Below, piece by piece: positions 22,083 through 34,090 of a DNA stretch of 64,000 nucleotides. The stretch is from Diplonema japonicum (lineage: Eukaryota; Protista; Euglenozoa: Diplonemea). Each line of letters starts with the position of its first letter. The first letter of the stretch is position 1. The translations under genes were made by a program, and so were the position numbers. The stretch is taken from assembly GCA_964019335.1 (NCBI GenBank), contig OZ025651.1, positions 558,001 through 622,000 on the forward strand, in the 5' to 3' direction. The notes under the pieces were generated by a model. That model made no database searches, had not been told where the DNA came from, and worked only from the letters and a program-made list of their open reading frames with translations.

Positions 22083-23362
22083 TTTTTCTCTCCCCGCAAC
22101 CATACCAAGGCGGGTGAAGTTTTGCTAGACAAACTAGGGCCTTCGCTTAACGAAAGTTCCTTTGGGGTGGGGAGTTTTGAAGCATCGATTTTTTGAGAAG
22201 GTGTACGGGAGCGTTGCGTTCTATCTGGGGTCCCATCGATGGTGCGCAGATCAGAAGCAAGACGTTCGAGTTTCAAGGACCAGTAAGCCCTGTGTGTTAG
22301 AGAGGTGGAGGCAGCTTCCATCCAACGACGGGACTCCAGGACACGCTCGCAATGACACCAGTCACACAGCCGTTCCCCGTCCCCATCCTGGCCACCATGT
22401 CGGGAACTACTGCAAGAGTTGCAGACAGACCGGAAACAATTCCTACAATGATGCTCCCTCGATTTTTTGTTGTAATGAAAATTACACAGTTCGCACTCCT
22501 TGAAGTGGTGCCGGTCCAGGTCGAAGTCACGCTTGCGCAGTTTAACGGTTTTCAAGACCTCCTCCCGTGCACGCTCTCCCCGTGCTGCCCTCTCGTTGTC
22601 CTGCTGCGCGTAGTACTGCTGTTCCGCTTTCAATGTTGCGATCTCACTACGCAGATGGCAAAGCTCTATGCTGCGTTGGTTTGCTTCTTTGTACTCCGAT
22701 CGTTGGTTTTTGATGGCGGATTCCAATGAAGCTTTTTCTTTGAGGAGCTGTGCCATGCTGGCTTTTTTGTTGCCCCGCCATCCTGACTCCACAATGGGCT
22801 CGCGTGTAGGTGAGGCGTCATCGTCCTCATCTTCAGAGGACGGTGTTTCTGTCATGGTGCTGGCGTGCTTGATACGCTCCAGGATGGCGTTGCGGTGGGA
22901 TCGCAGCACGTTGTTCCTCTCGAGGAGGACGTCCAGGAGGTCTTTGTCCTTTCCTAGCTCGCAGATTTGATCAACGTCGTCGTCCCCATTGCGCATGAAG
23001 GAGTAGAAGTAGATTTCACCGAGTTTGTCGCCCAGCAGGTTGTACAGAGGGTGCTCCTTGTCGGCCTCGTACTTGCTGGCGCAGGTGTTGCACACCCTCA
23101 TGTTTTTCCCGCCGCCGTTGTGGGTTTCAAGCTTGAACTTCGACTTGCTGCAGTCTGCACAGACCACCTCACCGCAGTGCCTGCAGTGGTGCTTCTTCCG
23201 AACTATCATTTTAAACTCCGTCCCGCACAGCCTGCAACTCTCCGCGTCCTTCCAATGCCTTCGCGACAATGCCGCCCCCGTGCCCTGGATGTCCGGGCTG
23301 CCCGAACCGTCATCGTAAATATTCATGATTCGGGGCTGTGCGGGGTGATGATATATAAACAT
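22021..23362 (-). CDS. Double FYVE-finger coiled-coil protein, about 427 aa; exons 23362-22106 and 22047-22021
   Basis: KKHHCRHCGEVVC and REHHCRNCFRSVC FYVE motifs; splicing replaces the poly-Lys read-through with KTSVLDLY*. Confidence 0.88.
22048..22105 (-). other. 58-nt GT-AG intron with a poly-A run before the acceptor
   Basis: GTATGG...A-run-CAG; phase 0. Confidence 0.7.
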
Positions 23363-23438
23363 ATATAGGATGGGGGGGGGGGGGGGTTGTGAAATATATA
23401 ATAAATGAGAGATTTTTTTTTTGTTTTGGTTTTTTTTA

Positions 23439-23705
23439 TTATTGCACAGTTGTTTGTTCTTCAGCCGTCTTGCGTCGGGTCTCGCGTTGTTGTAGCATTA
23501 TTGTCAGGTTGATGCATTTTTTGCGGGCTTCTTTTAAGCTCGCTTCCTGGAGCTTGATGGCGGTCAGTGCCTTGTCGTGTTGCGCGGTCAGCTTGCAGAG
23601 TCTGTCTTGTTGCACCGCAATGTCCTGTTGCACTCCACTGAGCTGCGCACGTTTCGACGAAAGCGAACAACTCGCCTCGCCAAATAGAATTTCGAACTCC
23701 GTCAT
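23439..23705 (-). CDS. Small coiled-coil protein (88 aa)
   Basis: Heptad-like Q/K/L-rich ORF forming a GC-richer island. Confidence 0.6.
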   Translation of the reverse strand: MTEFEILFGEASCSLSSKRAQLSGVQQDIAVQQDRLCKLTAQHDKALTAIKLQEASLKEARKKCINLTIMLQQRETRRKTAEEQTTVQ

Positions 23706-23871
23706 CTTCCGTATAAAAATAAAAAAGGGAAAAAAAAAATGTGTAAAAGATTCTTTAGAAAAGGGAGGGGTTCCGATGGGGGGGGGGGGGGGGGGGAGAG
23801 AAGAAAAGATATAACAACAACACTCTATACTCTTTCCCACGTTTTCTCCCTTCTTTTTTTTTTTTTTTTTT

Positions 23872-24951
23872 TCAAATCACATGGAACCAACCCCTCGATG
23901 ATTCTGACTGATGCTCCTTTCCGATTCTTTTTGACAACCGAATACACTTCGTTCCCGGCAGCCCGTACTTGTAAGCCCCGGTGAAGAACCAATCAAGCAG
24001 AAAAGTATGATATGTGAGATCGTCAAAGATCTATAATAAGGAAAATTAATTTTCGCCCAAAAAAAGAAAAATACATACCATCTTCCCAGGAGTAGAGTAA
24101 AAACCACGAACGTCGAAGTACCACGAAGAAGCTGGTTCGTCAATTCCAAAGGCGGCAAGGATTGCTTGCAGATCGGGGATTTCGTCGAAAGTCAGATGAT
24201 GTTTGTCTAGTACGTTTTCGTACTCGTCAACTATTTCAACAGGTACTGTTTTGAGATTTTGCAGTGCTTGGATAAACTCGTTGACCTTTTCTGGAGGGGC
24301 GTCGAGGTGGTTCACGAACAGCTGGTGCAGAAAGTTACCGTCGAGCATATTAAGCAAATCGTCGGGGAAATTCGTGCTCTCGTACTCGGCTTTCAAACTG
24401 ATCCCTGCCAGCAAAGAATCATCTATGCCGTGGTCCGCTACCCCAGATGCAATTTTCGGTGAAGCCAGCCCAGAACACCTCAACGCGTAAATCAGCAAAT
24501 CGTTTTTTAGATAATCCAGAGGTACTACGTTCTGTTCGTTCTCATACTCGTACTGTTGAACAAAGAAATAGAAAGCTTTCCAAAATTTTCGTTCCTCTGC
24601 GAGCGATAGTAGTGTGAGGTTAAGGTGTTCTATGCGTGATAGGGGGCCCAGGCTGTTCAGGTCTTTCGGGTAGCCTTCCATGTCCACGAGGAAGTCAAGG
24701 TAGAAATACCGGCCTTTTGCCCCCGTCATCTGTTTCTCTTGGGCCCATTCCTGCAGCTTTCCCATTAAATCAAACAGCGGTCGGCGGGGATCGTTTCCTA
24801 AGTTGTCGTTATCCCTCTTCCTTCCTCTTGCCATATTCTCCCTAAACCCCATTCCTTGCACGCCAGGTGCAACAGATCGTGCCCCCGGCGTCCAGTGTTT
24901 CCCATTTGTGGGCTTGAAGTACGTACCGATCGTTTTACCTATATTTGACAT
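23872..24951 (-). CDS. Hypothetical protein, about 343 aa; exons 24951-24079 and 24030-23872
   Basis: Long ORF; splicing adds an open 52-aa exon (IFDDLTYHTFLLDWFF...GWFHVI*). Confidence 0.82.
24031..24078 (-). other. 48-nt GT-AG intron
   Basis: GTATGT...TTATAG; contains the ORF-track stop codon; phase 0. Confidence 0.82.
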
Positions 24952-25015
24952 TTTTTTTTTCCTCTTTTTTTTTTCTTCTCCTTTTTTTCCTTTTTTTTAA
25001 AAAATTTTTTTTAAA

Positions 25016-25068
25016 CCACTAAGCCCACACGGCTAAAAACCGAAAAAAGTCTATTTCCTAAAAAAATC

Positions 25069-25142
<74 letters not shown>

Positions 25143-25629
25143 GCATTTAACCATGCAAAGTGTTCTTTTTATGGAGAAGTGACCTCTGGAGACATTCAGG
25201 CCCTGATCTGGCTTTTGACCTTATGACTTTTGACCCAAATGCCCTGTTGTTGGGGGAAACAAGTTTTAAAAAAAATAAATACTAAAATGCGCTAAAAACA
25301 CTATTCTAGTCCAAATTTAGCTTGCGTTTCACACCTCTCTGGCGTACGGGGCCTATCGGTGAGTTTCTGGTACTTGTCGGTGGTTCGGGCTCCTGAAGAT
25401 CACGATGATGCCCCCCCCTACAGGTGGGGTCGAGTATTCCCATTGTCACTTTTTTCCGGATTTTAGATGCTTCAAATCCTTAAAAGAATGCTGAAAAAGG
25501 GCAATATTTAGCCAAACACAGTGGAAAAAATCGCGCAATGGCGCCAAAAAAGACAATGGCGGGTCGCCATTTGACCAAAAGGTCTATGGATTTTTTATGT
25601 CATATTTATATGACATGTGGGTTTAGTAG
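25016..25629. mobile_element. Non-autonomous piggyBac-like element
   Basis: TTAA(A)-CCACTAAGCCCACACG left end; CATGTGGGTTTAGTAG right end (13/16 inverted match); CCACTAA start shared with the piggyBac at 26829; right TSD not preserved. Confidence 0.55.
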
Positions 25630-26591
25630 AGGAAGAGCAACAAAAAAAGAGGGGAGGGAATAAAAATACGGGGGAAGGAAGGGAGAAGACAAGGCGAGAC
25701 TATCAAAAAATTATATTTTCTTCTTCTTCTTTTTTTTTTTAAATAATAACCAAATTCGAATGCTGGATTTGGACTTCATATGGACAACGAAAAGAAAAAA
25801 AAAAGGAAAGAAATCATTATGATAGGAACGAAGTGGTTAGCAACGGCCCGCAAAAAAAAGAAAAGAAAACTGGAACAAATCCATCGTGGATTTCTTTCGA
25901 TTTCGAAAACTTTTTCCGTTTCACAAGTCCAAATCTGGTATATAAAAACAAAAGACTTAAGCAGTTTGACCCCCCCTCAAATTCTTCGTTTTTTTTCCGT
26001 ATTTTTTTTTTTTCAATTACCTTATTTAGACTAAACTTACCCGATTTTTTCTGCGGCCTTGGGCAAAAAAAAAAAAACTTTGTAACGCGTAACAATGCCA
26101 ACAATCCCCTTTTTTTATATACAATAGGTGCTCTTCCGTTCATCAAAAAAAAAGAGGGGAGGACGGCTCGCTGTAAAACAAATAACTCTTGCAGAAAATT
26201 ATAGACACCGACGGTCTGAGGAAAAGAGGGAAAAAATATAAATTTCTCGCATCCTTTTTTCGCCCTCCCCTAAATTCACATTTTAACTTTGTTACATTAA
26301 CACACACCCTCATTCCTCTCCCCCCCTCTTTTTTGTTTCTTCTTCTTGCTCTTTGGGATGTTCGTGATTTCTTCAGTACTTTAAGTAAGATCGTTCCCCC
26401 CCTCCTTTTTTTTTCATTCGTTCTATTCTTTAACAAATAATAGGAAATGATGAAATTCTAAGTAACTCCATCATTCCGAAGACGAAAACAAAAAAAAAAA
26501 AAAAAAAAAACAGGAGTGTGTGGAGGGGGATGAAGGTCAGAAAGAGAAGAGAAGAAAAAAAAAAAAAAAAAAAAGAAAAGACTCACAATAC

Positions 26592-28625
26592 CACATAGAC
26601 AGAAGTCACTATGAGTCAAAAAAGGAGTTTTTCTTAAGCAGGAAAAAAAACCGCAGGCTCACCACTGGAAAGCCCGGAAACCAGGGGGACATATAGAGGA
26701 ACCAGATAAACCCTGAGTTAATGTTTGCAACATGGATTCGCAAGTCAGCCCAGACCAGGGAAGAGTGTAAGAGGGTGGCAAGCAAACGACGTACTTACCT
26801 CACTTTCCTCCCGATTTTTTTTTTTTAACCACTAAAGGACCATGAGGACATATTACCTTAAGAAAAATTATCTTTTCTATGTGACACTTTTTGTGCCACA
26901 CAGCCCCTGGACTTTACTAAGACCCATTGTTCCGCGATTTCTTTTTATTTGAAATACCCTTTTGCGCGAAGAACAAACACAAAAACCCGTCCCCAAGGGG
27001 GTTGCTTGGTGTCCTTTTGTACTTATTATTTGAGAGCAGCTTCTCAGGACCTTCAGAAGTGCTTCTTCCAACTCCAGCACCACCTCAGATGAGGGTGGTG
27101 TGTGTTGGGGACAAATATCAACCGTTTACCGGCCAAGAAATGACATGGGTACAGGGGTCCAGCAACATCAAACAGCAACATGGATAGGCTACAACTTTTC
27201 AGTTTGTTTATCACAAACAGTTTGCTGAGGTCCATTATCAGCTGTTCAAAGGTGTATGCCACATCCAAGGCACCACATTGGACGCAGACGTGGTACAACT
27301 GAACACCTGGATCGCCGTCTGGGTTCTGCCCGCCTTGATGGACGAAGTCTGCAGGGCGGGCGTCAAGGACTACTGGTCTACAAAGGAAGAGATTGCAACG
27401 CCTTACATAGGCCGTGTCCTGGGCCGCGCCACATTTCTCCATATCTTCTTGTTGTGTCCACTTTGGCTCACAGGGCAACGAGACACTATCAAAAGTGGAG
27501 ATGCTGCATTCCCGGACTCCCCCAGCTGGAAAGCTGCATACCACCCCCGGTCAAGAGCTGAGCATTGATTCGCTCCTTCTCCCGCCTTAAGCACAGCATT
27601 TTTCAACCAGCTAAACGCAAGCGCTATGGCTTTAAGGTGTACTCCGCCGCATTCATGCACGGGATACGCGCTTAACATTAGAATTTACCCTGGTGGGGAC
27701 CCGGAGGACACGGTACCATGTCTTCTGCGACAGTTCGAGCATCGTGGTCACTGGGTTGCGATGGATAATCTTTATTCTAATTACCAGCTCTTCTGCTCTC
27801 TCTTGGGTACGGGTATGCATGCTATCGGAGGTTCAGCGCAACAGAAAAATACAACCCCGTGGGCACGGTTCAACTCCGGAAGACGACAGTGGGCAGAAAA
27901 ACGAAAAAGGAGGCCAGCAAACATCATGCAGAGTTCGGACAGCATCCGGTTCCTCTTGTGGCACGGCCGTACTAAACCCGTGTTAACCTTTTCGGCTTTG
28001 CCTATAATTTTGCCTTTAATCTCTACGACTTTGCCTGTAGTATGAAATTCACCTCAAGGTGTGCCAAAAATCAAAAAAAAAACAATTTTACACCTGCAAA
28101 ACGTTCTATGTTGCCCTGTGCCCTGAGTGCTTTGAGATTTTTCATACAAAAAATGACTACCCTGACATGATAAAATACCGACAATTCTGGGGACGCTTGA
28201 AAAAAAAAAAAAAATCCTCAAGGGCTCCAGCGTCCGCCAGGACCCAATGTTGGAAGAAAATCGACATCTGTAGAAGAAAAGAAAGCGAGGGAGGCTGTCC
28301 TCCGCCCAAGCGCTCGAGTGGGTTGAGCAAAGTTGCTCGTGATGCTCAGTACTCTGTTGTATATTTCCTCTCCCGACCCCGTATGAGCACTAAGTAAGCC
28401 CCCCTGCATGGAAAATAAACTGTTTTTTTTACCCTGGGTCACGTGCTTTTTAAAGGGTGTAGTGTACTTTCCTATGGTTAAACTCTCGCATTTTTTTTTC
28501 CCGGGTTCATAAATAGACGGTCCTTGGCACTTTTTTCGCCAAAAACCCCCAGTCCTTTAGTGGGTAAAATAGAATCTTTTTTTGATGATGTTTGCTTAGG
28601 ACTCATAGTGACTCCGGTCCATGAG
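26592..28625. mobile_element. Unclassified TIR element hosting the nested piggyBac
   Basis: 26-bp inverted repeat with 4 mismatches and a 14-bp perfect core AGTCACTATGAGTC, at 26592-26617 and 28600-28625. Confidence 0.6.
26829..28563 (+). mobile_element. Decayed piggyBac transposon with frameshifted transposase
   Basis: TTAA left and GTAA right; perfect 12-bp TIR CCACTAAAGGAC; fragments KDYWST, YHPGQELSID, PAKRKRYGFKVY, GHWVAMDNLYSN and Cys-rich tail YTCKTFYVALCPECFEIFH in shifting frames. Confidence 0.9.
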
Positions 28626-29113
28626 ACATATCTGTCAAAGAAGAAGAAGAAGAGAACAAAAAAGAAGGAAATAAAAAAAAAAAAACCCCCCATTCTTTTA
28701 ATCTAACAACTTTTTAAAATCAAGTTTGCTATTTTTTTTTCTTTTTTTTTTTGTTACGGGTTCACAATAATATTTGTAAGGTATGCTTCCATTTTTTTAA
28801 CCTTGTGAGCATTGCACTAATATAGTTTTCTTTTTTTCTCTCAGTTTCCCCCCCTTTTTTTTCTCGTCTCGCCTGGAACTGAAGCGGAAAGAGTGGGGGG
28901 GGGGGGGGGGGGAAACAAAAACAAAAACAAAAACAAAAAAAGACTGTTAAAAATGAAAAAGTGCCGTACTGACATCTGTATGAGTGTTTCGCACCCGGGA
29001 GTTTTGTTTGGCCCGAACCAATTTTTAAATCACACGATCTTTATTTATTTATTTTTTTACTAAATAAATAGTTATTTCCTTCTGTCCGGGGGATTTTCTT
29101 TTGAAGGCCACTG

Positions 29114-29159
<46 letters not shown>

Positions 29160-30132
29160 CCCTTCAAAGCGTCCGGGAAATTTGTCGGTCCGGTTAATCA
29201 GTCAGCGATATTCCCCTTACAGTATTTTTTTTGGGGGGGGGTTTCTTCTTTTTTTTCCCCTCTTCCCATTCATTAATAACATGTTGACACGCTGAAACAG
29301 TAGAGGGAAAAAGAAAAAAAGGGGGGGGTGGAGAAAGGCACAGGCCATCCACAAGGGGTGGGAAAAAAAAAGGGGGGGGGAAGCTTCATTCCTTGACCCA
29401 CACTAATGCCTGGGGGGAGGAAGGGGGAGCAGACGCAAGTGCTACAGTGTCAAGCCTTCCCCTGATGAAGGGAAATTCCTCAGCCTGCGCACGATGACCA
29501 ATCTTCTTATAGTTGAAGAAACAGGGGGCGATCACGGCAGGAGAGATGGTGGGGAGAAAAAAGACCTGTGACTCCTTCCTACTCCTTTGATAGTGAAGAG
29601 GCAGAAAAAAAAAAAAAAAAAAAAAAATAGGGGGGAGAAGACGGGAGGGGAGGAAAGGAATGGAACAGGAACGATTTGAGGTTTCACACACACAATATAA
29701 TTTGGTTTTCCAACCTCCCCCCCCCCCCATCCCCCATTTTTTTGTACTCTTTCTTCTTTTTTTTTTGATCTTTATTGAAAACACGAACCAAAGAGGGGAA
29801 AAAAAAAGAATATTGGACCGTTCTTAGATCACTGATGAGGGGGGAGAGAAATGTTTTAAGAATAAAAAAAACGGGGGGGAGGGGGAGAAAAAAATAAAAA
29901 TAAAAGAAGGTTTATTAGAGGATTGTTGTAGTTTTTTTTTAATTGTTTCTCTTTCCCTTCCCCAGAAGAGACTGACAAGCACTGCCATCGTGCAAGCAAA
30001 AAAAAGGGGGGGGTCCGGCACTCCTCCGTCCTTAAACCTCATCCATAGTTTGTTTGCGAAAGCACTCAAAAAGAGAGATTGGGGGGAAGGGGGGGGATGT
30101 AGAGAGAAAAGAAACGTTCGGGGATTTGAAAC

Positions 30133-30165
<33 letters not shown>

Positions 30166-31316
30166 AAGAAATAACACGTTTTCATTCAGAAATCACGGGA
30201 AAAAAAAGAGGAAAAAAAAAAAGACATGTCAAAAAGTCAAAAAAAGGGGGGAAAGTTTGTGGTTACTTCCTTTTGTATCAGGTTGGGGGGGGGCAAAAAA
30301 ATCCCTTTGTTCCACTAGAATTAGAATGGGAAGGGGGGAGGGGTGTATTCCACAAACGTTAAATTCAATAAAACTAGTGCCCCAATGGAAGTAAACTAAG
30401 CTACTTCAAGAGGGGAGGGGTGTTTAAAAAAAGTATTTTTTCCCCCTCATTCTCTTTCACCCCGCAAAGGACCACGCGCCCTGTAAACAACAAGCAGATG
30501 TGAATTACCTTTTTATTCTAATAATGGACTATGGTTGAGGAAATGAAGAGAGATGGGGGAGAAAAAAAAATATATAAGAAAAGAGGCGGGGGAAACCAAT
30601 AAGAAGTATTTTTTTTTTTTCCTATTTTGCCCAACAAAAAAAAAAGGGGGGGCAAAAACCAGAAATTTAAATCGTCATGGGTTTCAATACCAAAAACAGA
30701 GCTATCTATCTATCTTTTCTTTTTTTTTTTTTTTTTATAAAAAGATTATTTTCCCCTTTCTCCAAAGTTTCTTCTCACGATACACAAATCTCAGCGTGCG
30801 ACGGTAGGAAGAAGAACAAGAAAAAATTATGCGGGATAGGGGGGAGGGGAGGGGCAAAACAAGTCACACACACACAAAAAAGTAAGAAAATGGAGAAGAG
30901 GGGCAAACGGGAAAATTTTCTTTTTTTTTGTTGCAAAAAAAAACCCTTTTGTATGTTCTTTTTCTCTCGTTTTTTTTTGGGGGGGGGAAGCTGGCAAGGC
31001 TAAAGTAAGTACGCTAAATCTAACAATTTAAAAAAGAAAAAAAAAGAAATAATGACAATAACAACAAAAAACCCCTTGTTTTTTGTGTATTCCTATATTA
31101 GTTTCTCAGCTATTTTTTTTTTGTTCCCTTCTTTTTTTTTTTAAAAAAATGTATTTGCTGTTTTTTTTTTTTTTTTTTTTTTTTTTCCTCTTATAAAAAA
31201 ATTTTTTTCGTCTTTCTTGTTCATTCTTCTTTCTTCTTTGGGAAGAAAGGAAATGGAGGGATGGGGGAGATAAAAAGAGGCGAGGAAACAACAAAAAAAA
31301 AAAAAAAAAAAAAAAA

Positions 31317-32401
31317 TCATCCGCACCTTTCCCACAGAGTACCATATGCCAGAATCGACGAGAGCGGAGTCCGACCACTTTTTTTTTTTTTTTTCCCCCT
31401 CCCCCATACCGGTACCCCCTCCATCTGTTAGAACTCCACTTCTCCAAGGCCATGCCACACTGAGCGAACTGCGCCCTGATCTGCATGTACCTAGTACACC
31501 CTGATGCAGTGTTATGACTCGAGTCTATCAGATCGGACACATAAAGGTTTTCTTTGCACTTCTCAAACTCCCCTGTCTTAGGGCACACCTTAACTCCAGG
31601 TGGAGTCGATCCAAAAAAATGAAAAAACTCCACGATCAGCAACCCAGGGTCGGTCTTCGCTGCACCTTCAGGAACCATGTTCGTGATGAACGTGATCATC
31701 AGCAACAGCGCGTAAGACGGCAGCCCACCTGTAGCGGTGTCGTTGTGCCTAGTCTGTTGAAGCACAGCACGCAGGACGGCGTATGCCGGGGGGATCGCTG
31801 GGGCTTTTCTTATAATTCGTTTCAACTTTTCCGTGTGCTTGTGAAGATGCACACTGGCATTCTTATCCTTAGCCACGCAAAGGGATAGTGTGACACCTTC
31901 TTTTGTAACTGTTGCAAAGGCCTCGTTTTCTGTCGCGCATGATGTGGTGATCTTAAAGCCGGCAACAGGGAGCTGTTCAAGAAATGCGGGGAAATGCTGT
32001 AAATCACAGTCTTCGACGACAAGATCGACGGTACTTTGCGGAATGGAAATGGAGTTCGCGAAGGACCCGTAGGATAGCACGCTGGAGCCCTCCCAGAAAT
32101 TCGAGACGATTTGTTGTATGTTGTCCTTCAAGGCCGTCCTCCCCGATCGTTCCACCAATGTCAAGTTCTGCAGCCTGCCGAAGGCCTTTACCTCGTCAGA
32201 CAGTGTGACATGTTCCTTCACTGCACCGTCTGAGTACCAAGGGGTTGTCACAATTGTTTCCTCTCCACCCCTTTTAGCCTCGCCACCCGCAGGCACACCA
32301 GAAGGCATCGAAGTACTGTTCGCACTGGTGTACACCATGCTCGACCCCTCTTCCTCCACCTCGCTGAGCAGGCTGTCGTAGAATGACGAATCGACAGGCA
32401 T
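31317..32401 (-). CDS. TRF4/PAP2-like non-canonical poly(A) polymerase fold, probably catalytically inactive; 350 aa; exons 32401-31410 and 31377-31317
   Basis: YGSFANSISIPQSTVDLVV; TGGLPSYALLLM; GLLIVEFFHFFG; spliced end RGRTPLSSILAYGTLWERCG*. Confidence 0.82.
31378..31409 (-). other. 32-nt almost all-purine GT-AG intron
   Basis: GTATGGGGGAGGGGG-A16-G; removal restores a protein-like frame and stop. Confidence 0.8.
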
Positions 32402-32826
32402 TGTGGTATTTCTTTTTTTTTTTTTTTTTTTTTCTTTCTTGATGGAGGGGTTCTTTTTTTTTTTTTAAAATTGAATTGGACTATAAATTAAGAGGAGGCG
32501 CGGGGGAACAAATAAAGGGAGGGTTTTTTGCTGGGGCATTCAAATTAACTTTACAGCCGGTTTTTTTTTCCCTTGGTTTCCGGTTTAAGCCTGTCTGCAG
32601 GTGCCGCTCTTTTAGGTGCTTAATGAGTCCTGGGTTTATATGTAAACCATATCCATGTAATGGCACCGTTCCCTTACTTCCATGTGTAAACATGGGCGCA
32701 AAGGGAAGAGAAAAAGACAGATAAAAGGGTTGTTTCCCCTTTTCTTCTTCTCACCATGTGGAGGGGGAATTATTATTTTTTTTTTAAATGTAGTTTTTTT
32801 TCTTTTCTTTTTTTTTTTTTTTTTGG

Positions 32827-33056
32827 TTACAGAATTGTGCAGCACTCCGTAGACTGGTCCTGGTGTTTTTTTTGTTTGTTTTTTTATACCCCCCCCGCCC
32901 CAAAACACCTCCTTTTCTTGTTCTTTGGTCCAAGCTTTTTTAAGCTGCACCGTGCCATCTGTTTTCACAACGGTTTTGCAGAATCGAGAAACAGTTTTTT
33001 TTTCGGTATTCGTCAGATAGTATTTCTAGGATGCGTGTGTTGTTGAGAGAAAAAAA

Positions 33057-33093
<37 letters not shown>

Positions 33094-33708
33094 CCCCTTC
33101 CCTACCGTAGATGACGTGCTCCTTGCATGAAGCACATCCAGCATGACGGTGGTGCGGGTGTACTTTTGAGCAACGGCCACCGCAAACTCAGCGTCCTCAC
33201 GTCGGCAGCACTCTGCGAACAAGAACACGGTCCCCTTGTCACCAACGGACACCGCTTGCCCGCCACATATTTCGTGCATTTGGGACAACTCGTCACTGCC
33301 AATAAGCCGCTTTTCGAAGTAGGGGTTCAGCTTGTGTCTGACCTCAACTGTGTCGTACATCTTCAGGATGTCCGTGACCTGCCCAGGCCAGTTGGTGGTG
33401 CTCACCTCCAAGACTTGGTTCCGGGACACGACAGGCACCCCATCCCCTGTGATGAAGGGCTTGACATATTCCATTTTCTTCAGTTTTATAAACCCGCACA
33501 ACGCATCTGGTGCTCCCAGTAAGTTGACCAAGAACTCCACGTCTCCCCTGTTGAAGGCCTCCGTGAGCTTTGCGTCATGCTGCGCCACAATACTCGGGCT
33601 CGCACTTGTCGTGGAACACCTGCTTGTCTTGCTCCCCAGCGACCCCGTGCTCCCGCAGCTGGTGAACCTCCGCAGTTCATCTTGATGCGAATTGCTACTA
33701 CGGTTCAT
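32827..33708 (-). CDS. Hypothetical prenylated protein, 250 aa; exons 33708-33106, 33025-32909, 32859-32827; ends CCTIL (CAAX)
   Basis: Two phase-0 GT-AG introns join three open exons and create a terminal CAAX box. Confidence 0.75.
32860..32908 (-). other. 49-nt G/A-rich intron
   Basis: GTGTTT donor (weak) ... AAAAAAACACCAG; supported by the resulting CAAX end. Confidence 0.65.
33026..33105 (-). other. 80-nt intron
   Basis: GTAGGG, long A-run, short T-run, CCTAG. Confidence 0.72.
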
Positions 33709-34090
33709 GATATTTTTCGGGTCATGGACATCATTTCTTCCTTTCTTTTTTTTTTTTTTTTTTTCTTTCTCCTTTGCTTCCTTTTTCTTTCAGAGGGTGG
33801 TGTTAAGGTTTGTTCTAAACTTCACTGCAATGGAAGACAAGGACAAGGACGAGGAAGCGAGACGATGACCGTCCAACCGAGGGCGACCTCGGAAAAGTAA
33901 TGGGCTGTGAATACTTGAAGGCTGAGCACCTGTCAAGCTGCAAAGGATCCTGTTTGGAGATCCCAACACTCAACGGAACAAGCATGGACGGGGGGCTCAA
34001 TTATAAAAAAAAAAAAAAAAAAAAAACCGATAAAAAAAATCTACAACAAAACAAACAAAAGAGGGGGGAGAGGAGGAGGTTAGAAATACA

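Noticed and set aside
28940-29225. Possible further CTGTAA-type MITE (TCCGGG motifs, TTACAGTA end)
   Set aside because: No convincing matching left TIR
29830-29862. CTGATGA...GAAA hammerhead-like core
   Set aside because: Stem II cannot form (all purines)
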